DNA from: Azolla caroliniana
Taxonomy: Eukaryota; Plantae; Polypodiophyta
Assembly (NCBI GenBank): GCA_043228905.1
Contig: JBHGNT010000015.1
Coordinates: 7,316,001 to 7,380,000, forward strand
Direction of reading: 5' to 3'
DNA length: 64,000 nt
A program made the position numbers and the translations under genes. The number at the start of each line of letters is the position of its first letter. Position 1 is the stretch's first letter. Positions 11,526 to 25,940 of this stretch are shown piece after piece. Under the pieces are notes generated by a model. It did no database searches. It saw nothing but the letters and a program-made list of their open reading frames with translations, and was not told the DNA's origin.

Positions 11526-13200
11526 ATGGACGAGGAATATCTCATGAAGGCAATGTCAAAGATGATGATGGAATTTTCAAGAAAATGGAAAAGATGAGAT
11601 ACGGCCCAACAAGCCATCGAGAGCATGGTCGAGCAAGTCGGTTGTTTCAACAGGGGCGATGTCCTAAATTTTCTAAAAGGCTACAATGTTGAGATGGCTT
11701 GAAGAGGTGCAAACGAAGCAAAGAGGTTGGAGTACTTTTGTTGAGTGGTGGCTGAACCGATCTATGAAGAGATAAAAAAGCTTCAAGAAGCTCACGACTC
11801 GTGGGGTCCTTCGAAGAAGCTTTACGAGAGGCATATGGTTACAAAAAACCGAAGGGACAAAGTCTACACTAGTTCGACCAATGGGTGTCATTGATGAAGA
11901 CCCACCAGAGTGTTATGGACGCGTTCGTTGAGTTTGAGAGTCTCTTTGCTTAACTCTCGAAGCGGGATCGAAGATTGGTGGGGGTGAATAATGTTCTAAT
12001 GTTCATAAAGTCGATCAATCGAAAGGAATGGAAGGCCATTGGAATCCAACTCGAGGATGACGATGGTGTGAATGGCCTCACCGAGAATTTGGTCAAAGTC
12101 GAAAGAGTATGCCAACGGCATGACAAGAGAAAGATGTGAATCTGGTCGATAACATCATGTCCCAAGAGGGATGATCAAACGAGGATGAGATATGGCAACA
12201 CGCCACCACCAAAGGAAGAGAACTCAAAAAGTGAAGGTTCAAGGGTACTCGACATGGAAGCCGTGATGAGAGAGGCATTCGAGAACTTAAAGGTGCAACT
12301 CGAGGCTGAAGAGAAGCTTAAAATGGAGATAAAACCAAGGCGGACAGTGATCGAGGAAGAAGACACCTCCCAACAAATGCGGGTTAATGAAGTGGCCGAT
12401 ACAAAGGCTCAAGTTCGGTACAATGGTACCAAGAAAAAAGGTTCAGAACAAGTCACCTTCTCGTCTTCCGAAGAAACAACGGCCAAGGATGAGGCCGATG
12501 ACTCGAGGACGGTGAATGCCACTTCGAGGGAGGTTGCCACGAAAAACGACATCAAGGAGGTGGCTATGGAAAACATGACAAAGGAGATCGACCAAAGGCG
12601 TATGTAATCCTCTACACTTGTTCCAGAGACTTGGGTAGTTGTGCCAGAGAAACTACATGAGACCCAAGAGACGGAAGGTGGTGGCGATGAAGCGAAGATC
12701 GGAGTTGATGCACGTGATAGGAACATAGCCATGGACAATGAAATCGAGTCAGAGGTTTCTATGCACGAGTCGATGATGGATGGCCATGTTGAGATTTTCC
12801 CAACACTTGATCTAGAGACTTGGGCCGTTGTGTCCGAGAGCCAACATGAGACACAAGAGACGGAGAGTGGTGGCGAGGGGAAGCTTGAAGCCGATGTGTA
12901 CAATGACATCAAGACATGGGTCACAAAGGCAGTTGACCAAAGATGAATGGATTCCTTCAGACATATTCCAGAGACTTGGGCAATTGCGACCAAAATCCAA
13001 CGTGAGACCCAAGAGATGGAAGGTGGCGAAAAGGGAAAGGTCAAAGTCGGTGTGCACGACAAAGAGGGCGGACAAAGTACAAAAAAGGATGATGAGAGCC
13101 AAGTGGGCCAAGGAAGGTGGAAGCAATGGATGTGTTCAAAATGGAGGGGAAAATTCGCCGTGGGTGAGGCGCAAGGAAGAAACAAATCAAAGGTTGACAA
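11526..13200 (+). pseudogene. Degenerate gag-like and acidic repeat region of S5; no pol
   Basis: Broken frames after the PBS (VGCFNRGDVLNFLKGYN..., Glu/Lys-rich pieces 12185-12946). No RT or INT motifs before the PPT. Confidence 0.5.
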
Positions 13201-14949
13201 CCTTTGGCCCCACCACCTCACTCTTTTTCTTCTAGGCACATGCCACAGGATGTGTGGTTTGGTGGGGGTGGATATCGTGAAGTGGTATGTCTAGAGGGAG
13301 AAAAGGTGAAAAAGTGTGTGCAAACGAATATGTTGTGCGGAAGCGTGTGCATAAAACACAGGGTAAAGAGTTCAGTAAACACAGAAAACACAGAGAGGGA
13401 GAGGGAGAGGGAGAGACAGAGACAGAGAGACACTATATATCAAATTCAAAATAATTCTCTGTTCTGCACATACTTCGTGCTCAGTGAGCACCTTATATAC
13501 AAGCCCTAACAATCAGGCTGACACAAGTACTGACAGTACTTGACTGCTCATAAATGAGCTCTACACTAACTCCAAAATAGTTTCCTACATGGAATATCTT
13601 TCCAACGGCCTCACGGTTTACGCATCGCTACGGCCACGTTATGCGTATTGTTTTACGCACCCAGCCTACGCACTGGGTTATGCACCGTATTACGCACCCA
13701 ATGTTGAGCTTGTATTATCCCCCTCAAGCTCAATTTGAGGTTCCGTCTGCTCTTCCGGATCTACACTCCGGTTCCTTCTGGATTCACGCCTCGCTCGCGC
13801 TCCTCGACCTGTTCGATTCCGCGCGCTTCGACCCTTCCGATCGGCTTGTCTGCTTGTTCGGCCCTTCTCAGCTCCCTTGTTGTCGTGGTGTCGGTGCGTC
13901 CTTCGCTGCCCTTTTCTCCGCATGGCCTTTAGTTGATTCGACGTATCTGAATTGAACATTCCGATTGAATCAAATGCTTCCAATTCAATTCCGCTCTCAT
14001 CCGAATTGGTTGTCTCCAATTCGTCTCCTGTCCTTAGGCCTTTGACTACATCATAACACGTCTTGGTCTTGGCCTTTACGCCCTTCTTGGTTGTATCTCC
14101 CCCTAATTTGGTTGTCCTCGGCTCTTCCCTACGATTGTGGCCCTTGCTTTCTTCTGCGGCTTCTTCAGTCGGTCCGAAATCGAATTCTTCATCTGATTCC
14201 TCATCACGGTCACTTCCGCCATGATGAACACCTCCACTCCTTTCATGCTCTTGTTCCTGTTCGTCTTCCTTTCTCCCCCTCAAGTTCGTCATGTCGAGGT
14301 GACGCAACCCTAGCTCACCCAAGAAATGTCGTAACTTGTCGAGACCAAGAGGCTTGGTGAAGATGTCGGCAACTTGCCGATCAGTCGAAACATGCACCAG
14401 TTCGACTTCACCTGAAAGGACCCGCTCGTGGACAAAATGGTAATGCACCTCAATGTGCTTGGTTCGGGCGTGGAAAATGACGGGAACTCCTAGCTCCTTA
14501 TGCGCAACGCTCGGCCACAACCGAGATACTTTTCTACACAGAAGACGGGAAATAGAACACGATACAATAGGAGAGGAAAATACACACAGACTACACAGGA
14601 GGTTTACATGGAAAACCCCAAACTAGGGGAAAAACCACGGCAACCCACAGGCTGCAAAACTGTCACTATGTATGAATGTACAAAAAACAGTGAGTTCTCG
14701 GAGGCAACGACCTCGGACTCACGCTCTTCGCCACAGGCGGCGGTTACAACAGAGGTAACGACCTCTTTCTCTCTCTCTCTCTCTGTACACTATTACATGC
14801 ACTCTCTTCTTCTTGCACCAACAAGAAAAGTAACAAACGACTATATTAGTTTGCCCTAAGTCATATTTATACTAATATGACTTTTCGGCTATTTACAAGT
14901 ATAGCCACGATGGCCTCTCAGAAACATATTTACGAATATGTCTCTTCCT

Positions 14950-15165
14950 CCGGTTCATACCGGGTCTGCACCATCCGGCTATCCGTAGTCGGGTACTACT
15001 CATCCGGTTCACACCGGGCCTGCACCATCCGCCACTCCGTAGCCGGGTACTACTCATCCAGTTCACACCGGGCCTGCACCACCCGGCTCTCCGTAGCCGA
15101 GTACTACTCATCCGGTTCACACCGGGCCTGCACCATCCGGCTCTCCGTAGCCGGGTACTCATCAT
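14950..15165. repeat. 54-bp tandem repeat (4 units) in family A LTR U3
   Basis: Unit CCGGTTCACACCGGGCCTGCACCATCCGGCTCTCCGTAGCCGGGTACTCCTCAT. Also 4 units at 19801-20016 and 7 at 37394-37771. Confidence 0.95.
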
Positions 15166-15253
15166 ACCGTTTCGGCCTCGGCCTAGTTTGTTCGTCGACA
15201 TTGTTCTTCTCCCTTCCCATCCGGAGGGACCTGTCTCCCAACAAACTCCCCCT

Positions 15254-18200
15254 TCACTCCGGCATGGGGTGTCTTACCAGTCCGATCCTCTTCCGGCATG
15301 CGTCCAGCTTGTCGGGTGTCAGCACTTTGGTCAGCATATCTAACCCGTTCTCGGCCGTGTGGACCTTCGTCAGTGTGAACTCCTGGTCATCTACTCTTTC
15401 CCGAATCCAGTGATACCTCCGCTGGATATGCTTCGTCCGGGAATGGTAGGCCGCATTTTTAGCAAGGTGGATGGCACTTTGACTGTCGCAATAGAGTCGG
15501 TATTCCTCTTGCCGGATACCGAGCTCTCCGATCAAGTCCTTCATCCATAATATTTCCTTGCCGGCTTCCACAGCCGCCATGTACTCCGCCTCTGTGGTTG
15601 ACAATGCAACCGTCTTCTGCAGCCTCGACTGCAACGAAACAGCTCCCCCTGCATATGTCATCACATACCCGAATGTAGACCGGCTGGTATCCACATAAGC
15701 CGACATGTCCGAGTCGGTGAAACCGTCCAGTTGACGTTTTCCGGAGCCGAATCGTAGACACATATTTGAAGTGCCCTTAAAGTACCGGAGTATCCATTTG
15801 ATTGCGTTCCAGTGCTCCTTGCCGGGATTGGTCATGAACCGGCTCACCACTCCCACTGCGTATCCTATATCCGGTCGGGTACAAACCATTGCGTACATCA
15901 AGCTCCCGACGGCAGAGGCATATGGAATCTTCATCATATCTGCCTTCTCTCCTTTTATTTTCAGGCTTTGCTTGCCGGATAGCTTGCAGTTTGCCGGAAG
16001 TGTCGATCCGACCGGTTTTGCATCTGACATGTTGAACCGGTGAAGCACCTTTGTCACATACTTCTCCTGTGACAGCCATAATTGCTTCGCTTTCCGGTTA
16101 CGGATGATGTGCATCCCCAACATCTGTCTTGCCGGACCCAAGTCTTTCATTGAGAGGGTCCGGTTTAGAGCCTTCTTCAGCATCCGTATTTTGACTTGGT
16201 CATGTCCGACGATCAACATGTCATCCACGTATAGGAGGAGTATTAAGAAGTCACCTCCTTCGAACTTCTTCACAAACACGTAGTGATCGGCCTGCATCTT
16301 GTGGTACCCTTGATCGGTCATGAAGGAGTCGAACTTCCGGTACCATTGTCGGGGAGCCTGCTTCAGTCCGTACAGGCTCTTCTTCAACCGGCATACCAGG
16401 TGCTCCTTCCCTTTCTCCACAAATCCTTCCGGTTGCTGCATGTAGATCTCCTCTTCGAGGTCGCCGTGAAGGAATGTCGTCTTCACGTCCAGCTGCTCTA
16501 CCTCGAGGTCCATGCTTGCTGCTATACTCAGCACCGTCCGAATGGAGGTCATCTTTACTACCGGGGCGAATATCTCGTCGAAGTCCACCCCCTTCTTCTG
16601 CTGGAACCCCTTCACCACGATCCTGGCTTTGTATCTCGGGGGCTTGCCGGCATCTCCCGGTTTCAACTTGTACACCCACTTGTTTCGGAGTGCCCGCTTT
16701 CCTTTCGGCAGCTCCACCAATTCGTACGTATGGTTCTCATGCAGGGAATCCATCTCGTCCTTCATGGCACTTAACCATTTTCGGCTGTGGGTGTCATCCT
16801 CCGCTTCTTTGAAGCTTTCCGGCTCCCCCTCATCGGTCAGTAGAACATGCTCTGCATCCGGAAATCTCCGGGGGGGCCTTCTCTCTCTGAGAGGATATCT
16901 CCGTCTTCGGGCTTTGGTAACCGGCTCCTCCATTTGCTCTTCATTCGAATCCGATTCGGAGTCTTGGCCGGTTCCGGTCTCAGCTTCCTCTACCTCTTCA
17001 TCTGCCGGTTCGGTATCCTCACCGTAACCGGCTGGTTCCTCGAGTGCTAACCGGTCTCTTGCCGGTTGGGTCTGCTCATTGTAGATTCTATCCTTACCGA
17101 TCGACTCGAAGTTCATTATCTTCTTCTCCGACTCCCAGTCAGCGAGCGTCTTGTCCTCCATGAAGATAATATCTCGACTCCGAAATACCTTCTTGTCGAC
17201 CGGGTCCCACACTCGGTAGCCGAACTCATCGTCACCGTAACCGAGGAATATGCATGGCCGGGTCTTTGGATCTAACTTTCCTCTCCGGTCCTTTGCTACA
17301 TGGACGTACGCGAGACACCCGAACACCCTCAGATGCTGGTACGACACTTCCTTACCGGTCCATACTCTCTGCGGCGTGTCTCTGTCCAAGGGTGTTGGGT
17401 GATCTATTTATCACATATGTCGCCGTCGACAGTGCCTCAGCCCAAAACTTCTTGGGTAGTTTTGCATGCGCTAGCATACTCCGGACCCTCTCCATTATGG
17501 TCCGGTTCATCCTCTCGGCCAGTCCGTTTAGTTCCGGCGTCTTCGGCACGGTAATTTCGAGCCGGATTCCCTTCGAGCGGCAGTACTCCTCGAACTGCCC
17601 TCGGTATTCTCCTCCGTTGTCTGCTCGAATCGCCTTCAGCTTCTGGACGGTTTCTCTTTCCACTCTCGCGTGGAGCTCTTTGAAGAAGGATAACACCTGA
17701 GCCTTCGTCTTCAGCGGTATGGCCCACAGCTTCCGGCTGTGGTCATCTATGAATGTCACGAAGTACTGCGCTCCGGCATGTGACTTCGTGTCTACTTGAC
17801 ACACATACGTATGCACCAACTCCAGTGGTGCATTACGTCTCATCGGTGGCCTTGGTCGGAAGGAGGTCCGGTTCTGCTTACCGGCCAGACAATCAGTGCA
17901 CTTCTCTAAGTGCACGTTCTTCACTGGAATGAGGTTGTCGTCTGCAAGCCTCTTCATCCCCTTCTCGCTCATATGACACAGCCTCTTGTGCCACAGCTCA
18001 CCGGTAGTGTCGGATGCCACGTTCACTTCTTCCGGACATAACCGGGCATTCATCAGGTACAGCGTGTTTACCTTCCGGGCCCGAGCCACAATCAGGCTCC
18101 CTTCGCTGAACTTCATGACACCGTTCCGGATGCTACCCGTGTAGCCTTCATCATCTAGCTGACCGGCTGATATCAGGTTCAGATGAACTTCCGGAACGTG

Positions 18201-19299
18201 TCGGACATCCTTCAGCAGCAACTTGCATCCGGTTGGTGTTGTCAGCCACACGTCTCCCATCCCGACAATTCGGCATGTTCCTTCATTCCCCATCCGGACA
18301 CAGTCGTGATCACCGGCTGAATAGGATGAGAAGCATTTCCGGTCCGGGGTAAGGTGGAACGATGCTCCGGAGTCTACCACCCAGATCATCTCGTCGCCGG
18401 CAACGTATATTTCACTCTCCTCGGTGATGAGCATCAACTCTTCTTCACTTGCCGCGATAGCTATCGTTCCCTTCCGGTCCGGCCCCCTCCGGTCTTTACC
18501 GTTCCGGTCCGGGGTTTGCTTTGAATCAGTACCGTCGGTTTCCTTGTCTTTACGGAAATGCCGACAGTTCTTTTGGAAGTGTCCTGGCTTGCCGCAATAG
18601 AAGCAAGTAGGCCTCCCCCCTGACTTTGACCGTGTCCCCGACTTCTCCCGGTTCTGGGGACTACGATTTCTATGTCTTCCGCGTTCCGATTCGGTAAGGA
18701 GCGCTTTGGAGTCGGAGCTCGTGTCTTTGTCTTTCCGACGCGCCTCCTCATCTAGCAAGCTCGACTTTACTCTTGCTAGGGATAACCGTTTTCCTTCCGG
18801 CCCGGCGTTGCCCAAAGTGACAACCAACGTCTCCCAGCTATCCGGGAGGGAACCGAGCAGGAGTAGCGCTAGTACCTCGTCGGCAAGAGGTACTTCCAAT
18901 GACGTTGCCTGGTGGATCAGCCCTTTGGAAGGCATTCATGTGCTCCGCCATGCTGGAGCCATCTTGGTACCGGAGTCTTACCAGCTTCCGGAATACCGAA
19001 ACCTGGTTAACAGCATTTTTGTTTTGGAACATTATACCGATCTTCTCCCAGAGCTCATGAGCCTTGCTCTCTTCATTGAAGTTGTTGTATAGGCTCATGT
19101 CGATGAAGCACCATATGTACGTTGTTGTCTTCATGTGCATCACCTCCCATATCGCGGCATTGATTTTGTCCGGTCTCTTGTCCCCGAACTGAACCGGCAG
19201 CCAGAGGTCTTTAACCACGAGCATGTCCCTCATCTTCGACTTCCACACTGAATAGTTGGAGACGGTGAGCTTGAACATGCCGCCAAGCGATTCGTCCAT
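15254..19299 (-). pseudogene. Gag-pol polyprotein of A1, split by two frameshifts (near 18935 and 17389)
   Basis: CFYCGKPGHFQKNC, WVVDSGASFH, LWHKRLCH, FIDDHSR, RADNGGEY, QLDVKTTFLHG, LYVDDML, GFTDSD, ALSTTEAEY in the Copia order PR-INT-RT-RH. Confidence 0.95.
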
Positions 19300-22200
19300 T
19301 TCCTGTGTCGATTTTGCTCTAATACCACTTGACGGGAACTCCTAGCTCCTTATGCGCAACGTTCGGCCACAACCGAGATACTTTGCTACACAGAAGACGG
19401 GAAATAGAACACGATACAATAGGAGAGGAAGATACACACAGACTACACAGGAGGTTTACATGGAAAACCCCAAACTAGGGGAAAAACCACGGCAGCCCAC
19501 AGGCTGCAAACTGTCACTATGTATGAATGTACAAAAAACAGTGAGTTCTCGGAGGCAACGACCTCGGACTCATGCTCTTCGCCACAGGCGGCGGTTACAA
19601 CAGAGGTAACGACCTCTTTCTCTCTCTCTCTCTCTGTACACTATTACATGCACTCTCTTCTTCTTGCACCAACAAGAAAAGTAACAAACGACTATATTAG
19701 TTTGCCCTAAGTCATATTTATACTAATATGACTTTTCGGCTATTTACAAGTATAGCCACAATCGCCTCTCAGAAACATATTTACGAATATGTCTCTTCCT
19801 CCGGTTCATACCAGGTCTGCACCATAGGGCTCTCCGTAGCCGGGTACTCCTCATCCGGTTCACACCGGGCCTGCACCATCCGGCTCTCCGTAGCCGGGTA
19901 CTCCTCATCCGGTTCACACCGGACCTGCACCATCCGGCTCTCCGTAGCCGGGTACTACTCATCCGGTTCACACCGGGCCTGCACCATCCGGCTCTCCGTA
20001 GCCAGGTACTCATCATACCGTTTCGGCCTCGGCCTAGTTTGTTCGTCGGCACTGTTCTTCTCCCTTCCCATCCGGAGGGACCTGTCTCCCAACAGAAAAC
20101 GGGGTTCTTCACAAGGTGGATACTATTGAGGTTGTCACAAAAGATCGTTGTCGGATCAGACAACTCTACTTGTAGATCCCGTAATAGCCGTTTCATCCGA
20201 ATGACTTCGCACATAGCGACAGTCGCCCCTCGATATTCGGCCTCCGTGCTCGACAGTGCCACTGTCGGCTGCTTTTCCCTGCTCCACGCGATCGCTGCAC
20301 TTTCTAACGAGAAGGCGTATCCAAATGTGGATCTACGATCACTAGCGTTTCCGGCCCAATCGGCATCCGTGTAGCCGACTAACTGTTCGGCTACGCCTGC
20401 TCGATATGACAACGCCATGTCTTTCGTGCCGCTAACATATCACAATATCCATTGCGCGCACTGAAAGTGTTCGGCCGTAGGCTACGACATGAATTGACTT
20501 ATTAGGCCGACTGGATAACTAAGATCCGGCCGAGTAATCGTCAGATAGATAAGGCTTCCGACAATCTGTCAGAACCGTGTTGGGTCACATGCCTTTCCCA
20601 AATCTCGGCGAAGCTTTGCGTTTCTATCCAGAGTGGTCGAGATGGGCTTACAGTTTGCCATCCCGAACTTGAAGAGCATATTCAGCGCGTAATGACATTG
20701 GTTGATCAATATGCCTTCGGGGGTACGGATCACTTCGATCCCGAGGAAGTAATGAAGGTCTTCGAGATCCTTCATTTCAAACGATGCCGCAAGCTGAGAC
20801 TTCACACGGCAGATTTCGTCCAAGTCGGCACCGGTGATGACTAAATCATCAACATATAATAGGAGACTAACCGGTCTGTGTTGACCTTGCTGAACAAATA
20901 GCAAAGAGTCTGATTTCGACGTTGTAAAGCCCATCCTATGTAGCTGTTGCATAATCTTCGCGTTCCAGGCTCACAGGGCTTGCTTAAGTCCGTACAATGA
21001 CTTCTTCAGTGGGCAAACTGCCGAGGTGTTTCGTTCGGATAGAAATCCGGGGGGTTGTATCATGTACACATGTTCCTCAAGATCACCTTGCAGGAACGCG
21101 TTCTTTACATCCATTTGATGTAAGTGCCACCCCTTTGCCGTAGCTACGGCTAGCAGAACACAAATGGTGGTCATCTTTGCGACAGGCGGGAAGGTCTCGT
21201 CGTAATCGATGTTGTGTTGCTGCGCGTAGCCTTTCGCTACTAAACGGGCCTTGTATCGATTGACGGAGCCGTCGGTATTCTATTTCACTTTATACACCCA
21301 TCGACATCCGATCGGCATCACACCCTTCGGTGCGTCAACCAAGTCCCATGTCTCGTTCTGCATAAAGGCGCGCATCTCTTCCTCCATTGCGGCACGCCAA
21401 TTTGCGTCTCTCGCCGCTTTTGTGTAGCTCTCCGGCTCACACACTTCCGCCACTCGCGTCATATACGCATAATGGTGCACCATGTATTCATTATACCCGT
21501 ATCTCTTTACGGGGTTCTTCAGGCGGGTAGATCGGCGTAATTCATGATTACCCGATTGCGCGACCTTTTCGGCTACTATCGACCTTTTGCGTGGAGGTTC
21601 CTTTCCAGTTTTCCCGTAGTCAGACTCGCTCCGATCTGACTCGGCACTACCAAAGTTGTATTCCGGCATTTTCTTCTTGCCCTTCTCTTTCCGCGTAAAC
21701 CGTCTCCTCGGTTCTTTACACGAGGACATCAGGTCCGAGTCTCCATTGCTCGCCGTCTCATCATCTGGTTGGCAATTTCAGCCCAACCCATCATTAGGCC
21801 CACTCAGTCGGAATGAGATCGGACTCTCTCCAATAAAATTTTGGCATATGCTTCTCTTCAAGCATTGCCCTGGCCGCTTCTTCAATTGTCTGATTCTTCC
21901 ACTCAGCCACGCCGTTCTGCTGCGGCGTGTATCTACATGAGAATTCGCGTCGAATTCCCTCCTTCTGCAGATAACTTGGGAACTAGTTGGAGAAGTACTC
22001 CTTCCCGCCATCGAACCATAGGCATTTGATCTTATGCCCTGTTTCCCTTTCTGCAAGGCTCTTAACCTTTAAGAAACATGCGAAGACTTTGCTCTTCTTC
22101 GTGATCGTGCATACCCACGTGTGCCGAGTGAAGTCGTCGATGAAGGTTACAAAGTAATGGTTTCCACCGAGACTCACATTATGTGCCCGACTCCACACAT

Positions 22201-25200
22201 CCGAATGGATCAAATCCAGTGGACTTCGACTACGATTACAATCATTGGGGAATGGAAGTCGGTGTTATTTTCCCATCTGACAGGCCTCACAGACTTGGCC
22301 ATTCTAGCCCCGAAATTTTGGCAAGGCGAAAACAATGTTCTTCGTCTGCATCTCACGAAGCCATGGGAAATTTACATGGCCGAACCGCTTCTGCCACAAG
22401 TCGATATCCGATTCAACCTTTTGTCCTTTCGCGTACAACACGGTTCCAGCTTGATTAGTGTCGAGGATAAACATGCTCCCTTCACGGCACCCTTGCGCGA
22501 TTACTTTGCCTTCCTCTTCTATGAAGCAGCCGAGATCCGTGAATCGAACTTGCATACCTTAGTCGACGATCTGACCGACCGACACCAGGTTCTTGGTTAT
22601 TGTCGGGACGTGCAACACGTTCATTAGCTTCCCTTTCTGCTCGACGTGGCTGAGGGGAACTTCGCCGACATGTTCGATGGTATGAGGAGTGTCGTCTCCC
22701 GTTTCGACCACTCCTTTATTTTCCGGCTTCTCCAAGTACGAGAACCATTCCTCGTGACTCGTCATATGATTTGACGCTCCGGAATCGACATACCACACCT
22801 CGCTCGATTTCGAGGTGTTCACGGCCATTGAGTTGGCCTTATGCTTCATTACGAAGGCAGGGCCCGTTCCCGGCTCTTTCTGAGCCTTCCGCGTAGTGCG
22901 ACTTTTGACGCCTCTCCGAGTCCCTACCGCTTGATCCGCTTTGTTCAAATCATCCTTCTTTTTCCAGCACTCGCTCTCCTTGTGGCCTTTCTTGCCACAG
23001 TACCAGCAATCTGACGCAGCCTTCTCTTGCTGGCTTCCTGTGCCGCCATGACTCCCCTTGCATCCGAGGTGTTCAGAATTGCTTCCGGCATTTCGATTAT
23101 GCTCTCCATTCTTCTCTTTTCGGCCACCTCCATTGTGCGCTGATCCGCCTCGTTCACCATGACCACGGGGCCTATCATCCTCCGTGTAGAGCATCTTTCC
23201 ATCGGTGTGCGCACTCGTCGATGCACCCACGTGATTTTCTTCTACGAGCAACATTGACTAAAGCTCGAAAAACGAAGGCGTATTCTCCCTCGTACAGACC
23301 ACCGTTCGGAAAGCTCCGAACTTAGACGCTAACCCGCCAAGACAAACCTGCACCATCTCGTCATCCTCAACGTTCATGTTGACAGAGGCAAGTGAGTCGA
23401 AGATTTCTTTGATCTTGGTGGTGTAGTCAACCACCAACATATCTCGTTGTCGTACATTGCTCAACTCTTGCCTAAGTTAAAGCTTCCTGGTTGTAGTGCT
23501 TGTGGCGAAGCTCTTTTTGAGATTCGCCCACGCGTCCTTTGGTGTCTTAGAATCCCGAATATAGCTCAATAGCTTGTCGCTCACACAGGATGCAAAGCAG
23601 TTGAGAACTCTGCTTGTCGCTTGTTCCCAAGCCAAAAAATCTCTGTGTCTCGAATCGGGTGCTACATCATTAGCTCCTTCAACATAACTCCAGTAGCCAT
23701 GGCCAAGCAGGTACTGGTGCATCTTGTACAACCAAGACGTGTAGTTGCTCCTATCGAGATTCTCGGTCGGTAGCGAGCTTCCCATACCTCTGTCCATATT
23801 GTTGTCTTTTTCTTTTTCGAACAAAAATGAACAACAACTTTAACTCTATTTTGTCGCAAGCTTTTCTTGTCGGTTGCAGAAGACTTCAACCCTCGCGCTC
23901 TGATACCATGCAAAAGAATACGTTGTGCGGAAGCGTGTGCGTAAAATGCAGAGTACAAAGTTTAGTAAACACAGAAAACACAGAGAGGGAGATGGAGAGG
24001 GACAAACAGAGAGAGAGAGACACTATATATCAAATTCAAAATAATTCTTTGTTCTATACATACTTCATGCTCAATGAGCACCTTATATACAAGCCTTGAC
24101 AATCGGGCTGACACAAGTACTGATAGTATTTGACTGCTCATCAATGAGCTCTACACTAACTCCAAAATATATTCCTACGTGGAATATCTTTCCAACGGCC
24201 TCGCGGTTTACGCACCGCTACGGCCACGTTATGCGTACTGTTTTACGCACCCAGTCTACGCACTGGGTTATGCACCGTATTACGCACCCAATGTTGAGCT
24301 TGTATCTCAACAATGTGGTTCCACACCCATTTCATAAATATTAAGGGCTAGTAACATTTGAGTGTATACAAAAGGGTGCACGCAAGGTTTGAACCTTACA
24401 CCTCCAAGATAGGAGACAATTGACTTACCACTAGAGCTACTATTGAGCACTTTAGATTTTGTATATTTCCTTATCATATTTGGAATTCCATACGGAACAA
24501 CCGTACAAAACCATGTGCCTAAAACCATGGTTTTCAGCCCATGTTTTTGTGCATGCCACAAGCCCATGGTTATGCACATGAAGAGAGCTATAAAACCCCT
24601 ACTAGGGCTTGTGTAAAGGGGGGGGTCAATTTGGAGATCATCATCGTCGTCATCATCAATAATATAATATTCTTCTTGACATCTATCTTCTTCTAATTTA
24701 TCTTCTTCTCAACTATTAAAATCTTTGTTCTTTTCAAAATGTGACATTGGTTTCATCGACTCGTACATACACATTGTCGTCTTCTCGACAAGTTTGCGAA
24801 CGTCCTCCCTGGTTTGTGGCCAAGATGGTCCCTCGCACACAAAGCACCCATGCATGCACATCTTCGTGACAACGGCCGTTCGGACCGCTTTGGCCGAGTA
24901 GAACTTAGGCATTCTCTTCTCCTCCAGCATTACCCGTGCCGCTTCCACAACTCACCGGTTCTTCCTTTCAGCTACGCCGTTTTGTCCGGCATATACCTAT
25001 AGATAGGTGTTTAATTGGCCGGAAAAGTATTCTTTTCCGCCATCTGACCGTAGGCACTTGATCTTTCTCTCTATTTCCCGTTCGTCTAAACTTTGAAGGT
25101 TCTGGAAACAACCAAAGACTTCGCTCTTCTTCTCAATGAGATAGATCCACGTGTGTCGGTTGTAATCATCGATGAAGGAGATGAAATATCAAATCCCGCC

Positions 25201-25940
25201 AAGACTAACATTTTGTGTCAGTCCCCATACATCCGAATGTATCAAGTCGAGCTTGTTCCGGCTTTGGTTTCGCTCATTGGGGAATGGAAGCCGTTGTTGG
25301 TTCCCGAGCTAGCAGGCTACTCAAATTTGGGCCTTCCGGCCATTGAATTTCAACAATCCGAATACAACTTGTTTCGACTTTAGGTCCTGGAGCCTTTGAT
25401 AATTGACGTGACCGATCTGCTTATGCCATAAGTCGATGTCTTACTAGACTTTTTCTCCATTGGCGAATAGAGCGATGTCGAAGTCATTAGTGTCGAGCAT
25501 GAACATTGTCCCGTCCCGGCGCCCTTGCGCGATGATCTGGCCTTCTTCCTCCATAAAGCACCCGAGATGCGTGAATCGTACTTGCATCCCCTGGTTGACG
25601 ATCTGTCCGACCAACACCAGGTTCTTCGTAATTGACGGAACATGTACTACATTCATCAACTTCCCTTTTTGTCCAACATGACTTAAGGGGACTTCTCCGA
25701 CATGTTCGATCGGGTGAGGGGTATCATCTCCGGTTTCGACAACTCCCAGTTTCTCCGGTTTCTCTAGATATGAGAACTACTCTTCGTGGCTCGTCATATG
25801 TTTAGACACTCCAGAGTCAACGTAACACACTTCCTCTGATTCGGAAGTGATTTTCTTCATCAAGTTCGCCTTGTGCTTCATCACGAAGGTTGGCCCTTTT
25901 CTGGTCTTTCCGGTTTTGGATTCTTCCGATCCTTAAGCGT

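Larger units (their letters stand above)
14478..20094 (-). mobile_element. Near-complete Tork/Tnt1-like Copia A1, inserted in the B2 RNase H
   Basis: Perfect TSD GAAAA. Highly similar LTRs 14478-15243 and 19330-20094. PBS (rc TGGTATTAGAGC) 19316-19327; PPT (rc) 15244-15256. Confidence 0.97.
13319..24312 (-). mobile_element. Copia family B element B2, inserted in the 3' LTR of S5
   Basis: LTRs 13319 to about 13716 and 23909-24312. PBS 23897-23908; PPT (rc) 13718-13726; TSD GTGTG/ATGTG. Degenerate gag (CWYCGKKGHKESEC), PR (WYVDSGAS), INT, RT (LYVDDL) and RNase H. Confidence 0.92.
2913..24871 (+). mobile_element. Non-autonomous tRNA-Trp-primed LTR element S5 (Phygy/Selgy-like Gypsy, inferred), with both LTRs interrupted by Copia insertions
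   Basis: 5' LTR 2913-2967 + 10912-11480 (TGTCGTGAAG...CTTCGCGACA), PBS at 11487, PPT 13258-13272, 3' LTR 13273-13318 + 24318-24871. 4-bp TSD ATGG/ACGG with one CpG-type mismatch. Confidence 0.85.

Noticed and set aside
14877-15413. Repeat-protein ORFs (SSGSHRACTIRLSVAGY)n, also at 1-285, 19728-20129 and 37321-37950
   Set aside because: Open only because the 54-bp LTR repeat lacks stops in that frame. There is no independent coding evidence.
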